Source: Rhina ancylostomus | Lineage: Eukaryota | Assembly (NCBI GenBank): GCA_030265395.1 | Contig: JARFYF010000074.1 | Location: forward strand, 89,169,841 to 89,233,840 | Reading direction: 5' to 3' | Length of the DNA: 64,000 nucleotides | Shown here: positions 26,791-39,739 of the stretch, piece by piece | Numbering within the stretch: the stretch's first letter is position 1 | Layout: every line of letters begins with the position of its first letter | Translations under genes and position numbers: made by a program | Notes under the pieces: model-generated | The model's input: only the letters and a program-made list of their open reading frames with translations | The model's database searches: none | What the model was told of the DNA's origin: nothing

Positions 26791-28859
26791 AAGATAGTTC
26801 CTAACAAATGAGCATGGGAAGGCCAAGTGGTGTACACCTGACGGAATGCACGAAACCAGGCTCCTTTTTGTGTGAATGGAGGGAGAAAACAATAGCAAAT
26901 AGAATCAAACTAAACTTCAATCATTTATTTTGGATTATTTTTCTCCTTATCTATGGAAGATGTTGTTGGCCATTCTCTAGTACCCTGCCAAAGGAGGCTT
27001 TATTAATCCATGAACTTTGACAGTGTCAACAGACTATTCAGTCATGAAGGCACCATTGTCTAGGTTTACCCATTTTCAACCAAGATGTAGGAGCACACAT
27101 ATGCATAAGGGAGCCTTTGTTCAGAGATCACTATCAAAAAGTCATGCAAGTTTTTCAATTTCTATCTCTGTGAAAATTGCCTATTTAATAAATACTACAA
27201 ATTGAATCCAGGACCTTTCTGTATGGCTCAGCTGAGGAGTTACTCAGGAACAATGTCAGAAATTACTTTGGTTATGCCATTCAGAAAGGAATATATAATA
27301 TACAAATGTCCTGTAACACTGTCACAATTTTTTCCCAAAACTGTTACTTCATATTTATAATAGAATTCTTTAAATAGTATAGAAAATAAAATTTACACTG
27401 GTAAATTTTCTGTTAGTTATTGGGCAAGAATAGATCTCAAACTGACCTGCTTCATTAACAATTACATTACTATTTGGAAAACTGAACATTGGGCCACTGA
27501 GGCACTGCTTAACTTTCACACATCTTTAAAGGACAGGAGCTCCATACCCTGGCCGATTAAAGTACCCGGGTTATAACAGCAAGAAAGAAAGCTGACATTG
27601 GGAATAAAAATATTTCCACAGCCATGACATCACAGTGACATCATAAACCTGTCTCATCTGATTTCACCAACTGAAAAAAACACTGATTATGTTTTTTCCA
27701 CTTTTCATACAACACTTGCAAGCACTATTAATGGAATGTATATGACATAGACATTACTTCAATAGAAGATTATTATCATGTGAGACTGACTATAATACAT
27801 CCATGAATTTATAATTTATGAATCAGCTTCATTCATAAAGCTGTTTATTTTAACCTGCAAGGATGTAAACATATATTTTTTTGAAAATTGTTTCCTTAGG
27901 CATGGTGATTACTAGAAACATGAAATGACATCATTAGGTTTTCTTTGGTTTCTCTCGGACAAGTCTGAAGACAAGGAAATGACTAAATGAGGTTGCTTCC
28001 CCTAATTTTCCATATGAGTATTGCTTAGTCCATTCTGTGGCACCACCCACACCATTCCTATCTCTGCCCCAATAATAATAAAGTTAAGATTAATACTTCA
28101 TACATTTGGAGAATCAGGTACCAATCTGAGATTGTCACTCTGTGACAAGACATTTACCAGGTGATCCAATGACAACAAAGCGTGATTTTGGCTAAATAAT
28201 TACAAGGAATTGGTACATGGATGTTGATGTTCCAGGAACTTAATTGCAGAGGCCCCTAATGTAATATGTGCAGCCATATGTTAACTCACTCAAAAATAAT
28301 GGCCCAGATGACAAGAAGGGAGAGAGAAACTGGAAGAGAAAAAAAAGAGAGGAAAAGGGAAGTGAAGAGAAAAAAATGAGAAAAACACAATTGAAATTGA
28401 ATTCCCAAGTGGTAGGAACTCTCCTTTCTTTTTGTTCTTTGTCAAATATAGTTGTACACTAATGCCATGTTGAGATGACTGGAGCTGTTTTATACTGCTT
28501 TAACCACCAGCTCCCAACATGCTGACAAATCTACTGAATGCGTTAAAGTTGTCAATCAAGAAGGTCCTTTTTAATGGGTTACCTTTCCAGCTGATGGTTT
28601 ATGTGGTCTAGCAAACATGCTGTTCCTGCTGCAGAATAATAGCTTTGTGATATCAGTTTGCCATAGCATGCAGCAAAAGATACGATAACTATAATCATTT
28701 GCATGTCCACTTGTATTCTTTACATTCTAGAATCCAGTTTCAGTAGTTTTATGGAGACTGCAACACTGGTATCATTCTTATGGGATCTCACAAGCAATAT
28801 AAAGATAGATTTATTATACCTGGTACTCCAAGATAACTGGTTGCAACTAATGAAAGTAA

Positions 28860-29155
28860 AAGGCTTGCATTTATAAAGGTACCTTTCACAACACAAAATA
28901 CTGTAAAGTCAAAGAGGTGTCTTTGAAATGTTATCACTTGTTGCATTGTAGGAAACACAACATCCAATTTGCTTGTAGGAAATTTTCAGAAACAGCGAAG
29001 AAATAAATGAATTGGGTATTGGTTGACAGAGAAATGTTGGCCAAGACTTTGTGAGAACTCCCTGTTCTTCCTTGAATGGTTCAGAGGTCTTATTTACATC
29101 CCCTCAGAGAACAGATGGAGCTTCATTTAAATGTTGTATCTGAAAGTCAGATGGT
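28860..29155 (-). mobile_element. Deu-domain SINE relic (SacSINE1-like); further fragments near 2605-2705, 4000-4300, 29470-29640 and 51880-52070
   Basis: cttgcatttata...cctttcacaac...tttgaaatgttatcacttgttgcattgtaggaaac...ttggccaagac...gagaactccctgttcttc...cagatggagcttcatttaaatgttgtatctgaaag. Confidence 0.65.
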
Positions 29156-32100
29156 AATGTATAAAGTTGACCAATTACATACCTGTAGATAAATGCTTGC
29201 TAATAACTTGTTCACAGCTTTCTCAATCTGGAATCAGGCCTTCACTTCCTACAATCCACAAAAATGACCTAAATGAAGAGATTAAAAGCAGAAATTCGAT
29301 TGTTTGCTTTTGACATCAAATGTTGGATTGTGGTGGAATATTGGTTTGAGAAAAAACTGAGCAGATAATAAAGAAAGAGCTAATTTTTAACAAGCTTGTA
29401 TTCTGAGAACTTAACAAGTCCTCAAAAAATCCAGGAAAATTAACAACCAACTAATTATTTTTGACATGCAGTTCCTGTTACATGGGTAAATGTGGCACTC
29501 TGTTTGGGCACTGCAAGGTTCCATAAGTATAAAATGTCTTAAGCAGTTAATTGCATTTTGGTGGTATTGATTAAAGTAAGAATATCAACATGAAATTTGT
29601 TGAAATTTGTTGAAATTCATAAAATCCAGAATCTTGCCATAAAATGTTTACACAACAGAATATAATTATTTTTATTTTGCACATTGATTACCCTCATTTG
29701 CTTTCTAAGATAAATTGCAAACATATTGTCAAATTATGTGTAACTTTTTGTCATCAACATCCACTTTTAAAATGCAATTTCACAATGCTAAGGTGTTGAT
29801 CAGTGATGGGAAAAGAAAGATAAATTCGATCTTCAAATACCCAAAGAGTAATTCAAAGAGTCATGGAATAGGTCATAAGTTGTGGTTTGTACTTTAGGAA
29901 GAATATTTCCCCATCCTTACTGGTTATTTAGTAAACATATTAAATTCTTCAAAAAAAGTCATTTTAATAGATCAGACGAAGCTGACCTGTGGACAATATA
30001 TTACTGATATAACATAATTCCACTTTGCTTTCCTGAAAATAAGAGGAACTGGATGATTATCTGAGTGCCTTAAACGTTCCTGAATTCTAGATCAAAATGT
30101 GGCCAGATGCATTAGTTCAGTCAAAGAATTCCCACTGATCACACTCTGTCTCCTACCACCAGGCTGAATCAGATCATACACAACCCACATATACCTTTTG
30201 AACCCGAGGTGAGCTTTAAACCTGTATCTTATACTTCAGAGACTTTTTTGATCCCCTTCAGTAACACTGTCCATGACTTGTCCTACCTGCCTCGATACTT
30301 TTGAAATCTGTGTGCAGCTCCTTTTAACGACAGACAGAATATTGGAATTTAACTATTCTAATACGGTCCATTTGGGTGGTTGATGGTCAGGGATGACTGG
30401 GTAGGCCAAAGGACCGATATCACCTTTCCAATCAAGTTGTGGGATATAGGGAAAGCAAATGACTGGATTTGAGGGAAGACAACTGTGATCTTATTGAAAA
30501 GTGGAACAGGCTTCAGAGATCCAATGACCTACTGTTCAGATTTTGTCTACCCTTATCTTCATCCTTTACTCACCATTATCTCCAAGGTATTCAGACTTTT
30601 GCCAAGGATTTCACTCTAAGTCAATTTGCCCAAAAGAACTTGGGTCACAAAATTCAGCTCTGTAGCCGGGTGTGCTGAATTGGTTCCATCAGGGCATTGA
30701 ATGTGGTGGCACATATGTGACAAAACTTGCACCAGAGAGCAAAAACAAGCAGAAAATGCCCACCGGAAGTATGCAACAAAGGCAAATTATGATAGGGTTA
30801 GAGTGCAATGTTTGTTCCGGCACTACTAGCCTGGAGGTTAATGGCCTCTTGTAACCTTGCAAAGCCGAAGGCACATTCAGCACTAGGAAGGACAACATAC
30901 AAGTGCTAATTAAAGAGATTGCCAACTATACAAAGGTTAGTTGCTGATTGATTTCTACTGGCTGTTGTGACCAATTATAAGAAGTTGGGGATTTCTGAAG
31001 TGTTTTAAAATTGCTTAAGACTCCAGGAAGAAGCGTGCCAAGAGCTGAAAGACTGCCTTGACTATAAGAGTTTTGCACACACTGGTTGCTACCAGTCACG
31101 AGTTTTCATAAGCTCTCCTCTTGGAATATAGCACAACTCAGAAACTGAACAAATAGNNNNNNNNNNGGTGCGGGGGGGGGGGGGGGAGGGGAGAGGGCTC
31201 TCAGGTGGAAGCTGTTTCCACTTATGGAGTTCTTGGAGCAATTATCCTACCTGAACTGCAGAGAAAACATTACCTGCATGTGAGTGGACATCCTCAATGA
31301 AATATATCAACTACTACCACCACAACTGTAACCTCAGAGCAGAGCAAAAACTGCTCTGCTAGTGATTGTCAAAGTGACCAAAGACACTAATTTTTATTCA
31401 GGCTCCTTCATAACTGGAGTTGGAGAAATTTAAGACATTTTGCATTTTGCCATTCACTATTAAATAACTGAGATGACTGATTCTATTTCAAGAGAGATGA
31501 CTATGCCTCTTGTTTTTTTGCCATTCAGCATCAGGCTACATGACGATATGGCTTTGTGAGGATTATTGTCTCACTCATGATATTGTTGAGTGCATTCAGG
31601 TCTCTTTGTGGCCATAATATCTTCATGATCTGAGTACTCGAATAATGAAGTTTCTTTAAAACCACTGTTTCTAGCATTCAGAACCAAATATTAGGTCCAA
31701 AATAACTACCCTCACATTTAGCAGCCTTGAAATCCATTTGCCAAAGTTTTGCCAATTTGTTCAATGCACTCATGTATTATTGTAAATTGATTCTTCTACA
31801 CAGACTACTTAAAATGCTGCCCTTCTTTGTAGCATTAACAAACACAGGAACGCAGCTTTATATTCTAACATCTAAATCATTTGAAAATTTTCGCAACACA
31901 GATCCTTGCAAGAGACCTATAACTAAAACCTATCAATTCTTTCCATTGACCTACCACTCAACTATTTTGCAAGTTTGGCTAATAATTTGCCATCAATTCC
32001 ATGAAAATCAACTTCAGCTAAGTCTCTTAAGAGGAACCTTATCAACCGTTTTCTTGATATTCATGTTAATACCACCCTTTGAAAGTTGACCGAANNNNNN

Positions 32101-32959
32101 NNNNNNNNNNNNNNNNNNNNNNNNNNNNNNNNNNNNNNNNNNNNNNNNNNNNNNNNNNNNNNNNNNNNNNNNNNNNNNNNNNNNNNNNNNNNNNCACCCT
32201 TTGAAAGTTGACCGAAGTAGAGAATTATAAGATTTCAAAGGATTTAGTAAGTTTCGACAAATATCACCTACTCTTGCCTGATGCCTCACCACAAGCCCAT
32301 TCTGTCTCCAAGCTAACCTCTAAACAGCACACAGTGTCAGTACTTGTGATAGTGATGACTGCAGGTGCCAAATTGAGAGAAGGAGTCTTTCCATCTTCGC
32401 TCTCTTGTTATTTTACAAGCAGCTGCCAAAAATGCAGTTCTTTTTCACCTAAGTGAATGAAGGCACGAGGGCAGGATTGTATTGCAGCCACTGGGAAATG
32501 CAGGGGTGCATTCCTCCTGCAGTTTGCAAATCAGAAGGGATTGTGGGATGACGCGGCAGTGGGATGTAAGCAGAATTAGGTTTGTGGATACTGTTATCTT
32601 CTATACTATTTTCCAGGGCTTCAGCAATGACTGCTCCAATGATGGGAAGAAGTCTTAGGTGATCCACCTGTGCTGGTTTACTAATGCTGCCTGCACTTGT
32701 GCATCGCCCCATCCTGCAAGAGAGTGGGAGAAAAGCATATCAGTTAGTGACAAGCAAAGTGTCTGGGTGATATGCCTGCAGAGGTGACTAGCGAGCAGCA
32801 CATGCATGCTGAGAGATGTGGATGTGAGGTTTACAGCGGGGATAAGTATGTAAGAAGCATTGTACCATTTGAGTGGCAGGGATAATTACTGATTGATGGA
32901 GTCTTTTGGTGGGTGATGAGAGTAGGATGCATTGCGTTTTGATGGTGTATAGCATTTGA

Positions 32960-33200
32960 AGGTGCATCCACTGACCTGGACCACAATTATGAAATCATTG
33001 AACACCCAGGTCCTCAGATCGTCGCTTTTGGTCTTGACACAACAGATGCCTCCACCCACTGTCTTCACAGACTTTTTCTGCTCCTAGCCCTGTTGACAGA
33101 TGAAAGCTCTCATTCTCTCCATGTCCTCCAGCAAACCTCTAGTGCAGCAGAAAACCTTAAGGTTTGTTCTTTCTTAAGTAGTGAGAGCCATTCTTCATTG
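32960..33200 (-). mobile_element. Possible decayed PIF/Harbinger Myb/SANT-like coding relic
   Basis: Fragments read RFSAALEV...(frameshift)...LRTW-VFNDF..VVQ|gtcagt, reminiscent of the RFS..LE.L / RTW.QCRK.FNDL Myb-like motif. Strongly degraded. Confidence 0.3.
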
Positions 33201-33937
33201 TCTCCCTCTTCAGACTGAGTTCCACGATGCCTGTTCAAGACTTATTATGGTCATAAACTGCCATCCCTTTAAATGATGTAGGCTGGCTTTAAGTGGAGCT
33301 GAATATCAAGGCATGCAGCGAGTAATCAGTGTGATTGATGTAGGCTACAGGAAGCAATCATGCCAGTGACCAGACATTGAAACAGTGAATTGCTGCCTGC
33401 ATCAGAAGGAATGAGTACAAGTGCAAGGTGATACTAGGATCCACTGCTGGTGATTAAGCTTAAAGTCCCAAAAACCTCGATGTTACTGTTATTTCAGCTG
33501 AGTAAGAAAAATATCAATGAAATTCATATACAGATAAGAAACACTCAAAGTTCCACAGGTATGTTTTTTGTTAATTCATTATCCTGAAGAAAGCAGATAA
33601 ATCAGCATCTCCAAGGCTTCTGAAAAATACTGCTTGTAAACTGGCAGTTTCTGGTTTGTGCTTGTTGGAGTGTCTCTCCCCTGTTCAGTGACTCTCTTCC
33701 ACTGAGAATCCATGAAGCAAACCCAGCACTTTATAATCTGAAAACCTCTGCACACTTTATTTTTCTTCATGTCCTTATATATTGCTGACATCTTCACAAA
33801 ATATGGTTGCTCATTTAATTTGATACATTGGCGAATGCTTGTTAGCAAAGAGACTGAAATGGCAGCACAAATTACAAGCCTATTTTAGCTCAGATCGTCT
33901 CTAGGAACTTCTATGTGCATGCGTGTGTGTGAGATGG

Positions 33938-34785
33938 TAGAGTTGCCAATTCTGGACATATTCCAGGAATATCATTGAATAACCTTTTACCTCCAACTGA
34001 CTCGATCCATAAATTTTATGATTGGTCACCTGACACCTTCATCCTTGTGGTTCACCTTCTCCTGGAACTTGGAAAGTGAACAGATTCTTTGTTGTGTGGG
34101 TGATTCATGATAGCTGATTGGGGCTGTGGTTAAGTTACAAGGCTGACAGACAGAGGCTTACACCTTATCTCCAGAAATATGACTTCAAATCCCACCATNN
34201 NNNNNNNNNNNNNNNNNNNNNNNNNNNNNNNNNNNNNNNNNNNNNNNNNNNNNNNNNNNNNNNNNNNNNNNNNNNNNNNNNNNNNNNNNNNNNNNNNNAA
34301 TATGACTTCAAATCCCACCATGACATCAGTGGATTTTAGATTCCATAAATTGGGAATAAAAAGCGAGTATCAGAAATGATAACACTGAAACTCCAGGATT
34401 GTTGCAAACATGCACCTGGTTCATTAATGTCTTTCAGGGAAGGAAATCTGTGGTCCTTACACAGTCTGGCCTATTTATGACTCCAGTCCCAGTTATGCTG
34501 TTGTCTTTTAACTGTTCAAGAACAATTAAGTTCAATAACAATTAAGACTGGCATTTTCAGTGGAGTCTACATCACATGAATAAATAAACTAAAAAGTCAT
34601 AAGAACATTTTTCCAATTTTCAAATTTTTTAACGGAAAATAGTAAATGTTTAAATACATTAACAAATACACAGAACTTGTTTGATGTATTTATAATTTTT
34701 CTCCTGGGTGCCACCAGCAGGATGCAAGAGATTAATATTTAATTCCTGGAGACACCAAGACAATCCTGGAGTGCTGGCAACCCTG
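33938..34785. mobile_element. Non-autonomous hAT (Blackjack/Tip100-type) DNA transposon with nested SINE
   Basis: Termini tagagttgcca (33938-33948) and tggcaaccctg (34775-34785), compare TAGGGTTGCCA; subterminal tccagga/tcctgga motifs. An 8-bp TSD is not cleanly preserved. Confidence 0.5.
34150..34592 (+). mobile_element. Elasmobranch SINE-like repeat; second copy at ~55870-56180
   Basis: ttcaaatcccaccatg...tgaaactccaggattgtt...ctggttcattaatgtctttcagggaaggaaatctg..gtccttac..gtctggccta; the same blocks occur at 55905-56100. Confidence 0.65.
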
Positions 34786-35899
34786 AATATGGGAAGAAAG
34801 ACAATGGCTACCCTATCTTTTTAAAATTTGCAGCTCCATAATTTACTTAAATAAAACAGCAGTTTGATGAGAATGGTTGTGCTTTAGTCCCAAAGAATAT
34901 TTTGTAAATATGCAAATCTATTTGCATTAAATTATCAATCAGATGAAATAATATAGCAGTGGCATGAAATCTATTGCGCTTCTGAATACCTTGTGCAGTT
35001 ACAGATCTTAATGTACTGGAGCAGTTTCAATAGGGGACATATTCTTTTTCTTAAAAGAAACTTTGATTTCAATCCAAAAACCACAATAATTAATCTTAAC
35101 CTGAAATGCCACAGGTGACATTACACATCCTGTATTTTTTGGAGTTTGCCCGGATATCCGGGGAACAGGGGAGGGATCTTATGTAACTAAATTGTTGGGA
35201 TTTGTCAAATGGCATTTAAATAACTTTCTTTGAAGTGTTAGACAATGTAACAAAAACTGCTCTTATTAGGGTGGTAGCGAGGTGGGGGAGAGGTGGGTGG
35301 CAATCTCAGAAACAGGGAAGTTAGAGAAGAAAGTAGTGGATTATTCTGGGTCACTTCCTATACGTCTGGGAGAGCTGAAGAATTGAGATGCTTCAGCTGA
35401 ACATCTGTAAAGTTTAACATATTTTTTGATTGTTTTTAGTTCCACAAGAAATCTGAAAACAGCTAGGCGAGTTGTCAGAAATTGGCTGCTCGGATCCCAG
35501 CACCCTGGGTTGGAGTGGCTGAACTCTTATTCTGCCCCCTCCAACCTTTGTGCAAACTGAGTGATTGATTGAAAATTGCACTAATATTGTAGCTGGTCCT
35601 GCAAAGAAGCCCAGTGTTATGTGTATCATACAAGGAGAGTGGAGAGACAACAGGCCCCACCACCAGTCTGGGTACCGAAAACCAAGAAATAAGTTCAAGT
35701 ACCACCACTGACCAACCTCACAGTGTAGGTCACCCAGTTGCAATGTATTTAACTTACAGAAAACATTGTCCTGCTTTTAGGTACCCTAAACTGCTCAAGC
35801 CCTTGCTTTATTCTGCCAGTTTTAGGTTGGATTCCAGAAAGACATTTAGAAGTGCTAAATAATGGAAATGAATGATATTAAGGATAACCGTGCAACAAT

Positions 35900-36950
35900 A
35901 ATTTAGTGGCTATCAAGCAATCTGGCTTTGGAAGGATGCTACCCTGCACCTTTCATTTCCTTTTAAGAAATACCAACTCATGTGGGCAGAGGGGACCACC
36001 GTGGCCAGGGGTACCTGGATATTCAAAAGGCTTCCATGCTGACAGCTAAAAGATTTTCATAATGTTGTGGGGAATTAGGGTGATCCCTAGGATCAAAAAC
36101 CAGTTAATGAGCAAGAAACAGTAGGAGTTGGCAGAATTCTGTTATTTGGTAGAGGAAGGCAATACTACTAAATGTGCCTCATTGCTACCAGATGACTAGC
36201 AGCAGGGTGTGCTGAGAACCACCAAGGGAGTGGAATCGATTCAGCCTCTAAATTACGGCAATGTTGATGGACCAGTATATTGACGTGTTTATGGGCTTGC
36301 TGTTAGAATCACTAATAGTTTTGAATTTACACAAGGAGCCTTGATTCAGAAGCAGAATGCAAAATTTCAAATGGTACCAGATGGAAGTAGAGTGGAATTG
36401 GAAGCAGTTGTTTATGAGTTAAATAATTAATTGTACAAAACAATAACCAATGAAAAGTGATTTGACACATGGGGAGGAAAACTAGATGGGACACATTCTT
36501 TAGTCTGGAACGATTCCTAAATAGCTAGGGATGAATCTAGAAGACTAATACAACAACTTCAGCCAACACAGGGCAACTCTCAGCATATCTAATAACACAA
36601 GTCAAAAGATCAAATTGGTTCAACCCCACTAAAGCACTGTACCCAGATTTGACAGAAGCAGAAAGACAATCCACAAGTCTGAGCCCTTGATTCCGGGGGT
36701 CTGAGTGCTAATCAAAAAAAGGCATGCGTTCGTGTTTTCAACTGAATATAGAAGTTTTTGAGGTATACAAATTGTTAAGAGTGCAGAAGTTTAGCCAGAA
36801 AATTACATTAAACTGTGGAAGTAGAACTCGGGAAACAGGTTCAACTGCTAAAATGTAACTTCAGGCTTGACATCAGAAAGTCTGCTTCAAAGAGTGACTT
36901 TTTTTAAAACAGGAAATTCACTTCGAGATTGAGTAAAGGATGCAAAGAAC
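35900..36950 (+). mobile_element. Very old CR1 relic
   Basis: ggggtacctggatattcaaaaggcttcc (VYLD.QKAF) and later tgagcccttga...gaagtttttgaggtatacaaa...ttcaggcttgacatcagaaag. Confidence 0.45.
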
Positions 36951-38589
36951 TCAGTCCATTAAAACAAGTTGGAGGACATTGGAATCCCACCAGCTGAATT
37001 GTGATGGATTTAGCACTCATCTGTAATTAACTTGCGACTGCCTCCAGACGCTGCCTTCCCTAAAACGGCAGCGTTTATTTTAATTATCCATGTTATACGC
37101 TTTAAGATATTTCTATCGTTCCTATTCTGCGCCAGCTCTGCAGCTGTCGACGGGATTTCTCCCCCATCCGCCTTTAACTTATGAGCCAATATATATTCTG
37201 CTTTATCTGAAGCATTCGGTAAAATTTTGATCATTATCCGTTGTTTGCTATCATTGGTACATTAGCGAGGACTTCGAAATCCATGTACTACTTTTTGGTC
37301 CCACAAGGCTGCGCTCAGCCTCCCTGACTCCAGAATTTTAATCGCTGAAGACCATATGTCACATAGAATGTACTTTCTAATCAAATTTTGCATTTACATA
37401 TATTTTGGTATATTTAATACTGTGCACCTAGTTTTTATTGAAGTATGTTAATGGTATAATTGGGGATTTAAATTTTCCTAGTTTTACTGTCTGCCGTAAT
37501 TGCACGTGGGTACAAGGAATGCCTGGAGTTCCGGAATGCAGGGGATAATCAGTGAGTGGCAGTTCTGCCACTATATATCGTTCACTGTTTCACAACGCAG
37601 GACTCACACCTTTTTGATTAATACCCGCTACGAAAAGATCTCTCGGTCTTAAATGAGTCAACCAAACGCCTCCTGCACACACGCAAACTCAATCTCCCCG
37701 ATTAGCTTCGCACAATAACTTAGCAGTAATTTAAGGCTCATTTTAAGATCAGTGCCACATTCCATCTTCACCATGTATTATTTTAAAAATATTACTCATT
37801 TTGTTTTCAGCCCGAGCTGCCAAATCAGGAACAGTCTCAGACCTTGTTCTTACTTTGTTGTAACATTTGTAGAACAAGGTGTTCTTTTAAATAAATCTGT
37901 CACTAAATATCACTTTTCACATCAATTTTTAAAGGACAGTTCGTGTTAACGAGCAGCGTTCGCTCTTCGGCCTACAAATTAAAGCTAATAACTGATGCAG
38001 TAAGTAATTTAATATACCATATTTACCTTGTTTTTAAATAAGGGCCTTCGAATTCACAGATCTGAAAATACTATTTAAAACTACTTTGTGTCTACAACCA
38101 CAAAAGTAGTTGTAGAACTTAGTGTACAGTATATAAATTTTGCCTTAATAGATAAGTCTTGTGGAGAAAAACAAACAGTTCGATTGAGTTCTGGTAGGGT
38201 TTGGTGGATACTGTGCCAGTAAACTTTACCATTCTGAACGAAGGGTCTCCGATGTGAAATATTGACTCTGTTTCTCTTCCACAGCCTGATCTGCAGTGTA
38301 TTTCCAATATTTTCTGTTTTGATTTTAGAATTCCATTACCTACTCATCATTTACCTAACGTCGAGACTTGTGCATTATAATGAATATATTTATCTAGGGT
38401 TTAGCAGTTGAAATCGACAGATATTAAAACGCATCGTGCTACATATGCTTTCCAACGTGCAACGTAATAGCCGTAGTTCTGCTGGAAGTTGCTAATTAAC
38501 GTTACCTTATTTAAGCATACGCATTATATATAGATACTATTTAATGTAAGTGTTAATATCCATATCGGTCAGCGTGTAAAAATAGTATT

Positions 38590-39400
38590 AGCTGACTCAG
38601 CGGCATTAGTGGTGGCGTTGCCTGCAGTGAAATGTGACAGTTCACACACGGAGATACAACCGCTCTGCAATGCTACTCACCTCTGCAAGTAGTGCAATGG
38701 AACTGCTAACCAGACTTTTTGATTTTCAGAAATTTACAGCCAAAGCTTCGTAAGTGAAATAAAGCATGATGTTCTAAAATGTTTTAAAAATTGTCTTGGA
38801 TTCAGTCCCACGTGAAGTCCTTGTTGGGTAACTTGTGAGGATCTTTCTCGGTTTGCGCGCTTCTCCTCCACCTAAAATGTGATCTCTCTATCTCTATCTC
38901 TCTCCAAATCAGTCTGTATAAATGGGATCTCCGCTCTTATTCTCCCTGTGATCCGTACGTAAACTTATCTCCATGGCGACCATTTCGTCAGACCTTTGGG
39001 CTAAAAGCCAACTGAAGGTCCAAAGCTGGGCACATCACCCCCTCTGCTGTCAGTAAAAGCTCACGGCAAGCAGAGGCGCCAGCTGAACACCCAGCACGAA
39101 ATGTCACAGCAGCAACATCAATTGTTTAATATTCTAACGCCAAGACTCCTGCTCGTCGAGCCTCCCCTCTCTCTCTCTTTTTCTACATATAAATCTTTTC
39201 AGTCTAAGTTATCACTTCTAATTTCTTTGGTCAAAAGGCTTTTTGGAAACTCTTACTTAATTCAATAATAACGTTAGGAAAGGGAAAATGCAAATAAGAG
39301 GCCACATCTTCTAATATTCTAATACTCAGTTCGTTTCCTCACTACTTATTTTTGGGCCGGAGCCAATGCTTCCCCTATTTTCCTATACTAGGATATTATA
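38590..39400 (-). promoter_or_regulatory. TENT5C: Candidate distal TENT5C promoter and non-coding first exon (~38880-38681)
   Basis: CpG-retaining, repeat-poor block. Consensus donor GAG|GTGAGT at 38680-38675, AGATAAG (GATA) at 38970-38964, CACGTG at 38809-38814, octamer ATGCAAAT at 39288-39295, MARE/AP-1-like GCTGACTCAGC at 38591-38601. TSS position is uncertain. Confidence 0.55.
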
Positions 39401-39739
39401 ATAAGTTGTCCCATTCGAGTCGCATGTACTTTTGAAACTGCATAAGAAATAACACTTGCTTCAGTAAAATGACTCCGAAACATTTGACCTATTTACAACG
39501 TTTTAGCGAAAATGCGAGCCGTTAGAAATTGGCACATTATCTTTAAAAAGAAATGAATGTTTTGCAATATCTTAATTCTCCATGGAGGAAGATTAAAAGA
39601 TTAAACAAATTTTGCAGAAACAACCATGTGTCAGACATTCTGCTGCATATCCACTATCGTTAATCTACAGAGGGAAAACTGAATTTATGAAATCTGGAAC
39701 CAGACAAAATTGTCATGAAAAGTTCCTTAGAAGGAAAGG

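Noticed and set aside
32074-32216. Direct repeat cctttgaaagttgaccgaa on both sides of a 100-N gap
   Set aside because: Typical unmerged contig overlap (assembly artefact), not a TSD or biological repeat.
34177-34321. Direct repeat aatatgacttcaaatcccaccat on both sides of a 100-N gap
   Set aside because: Same scaffolding artefact; the SINE reads continuously if the overlap is collapsed.
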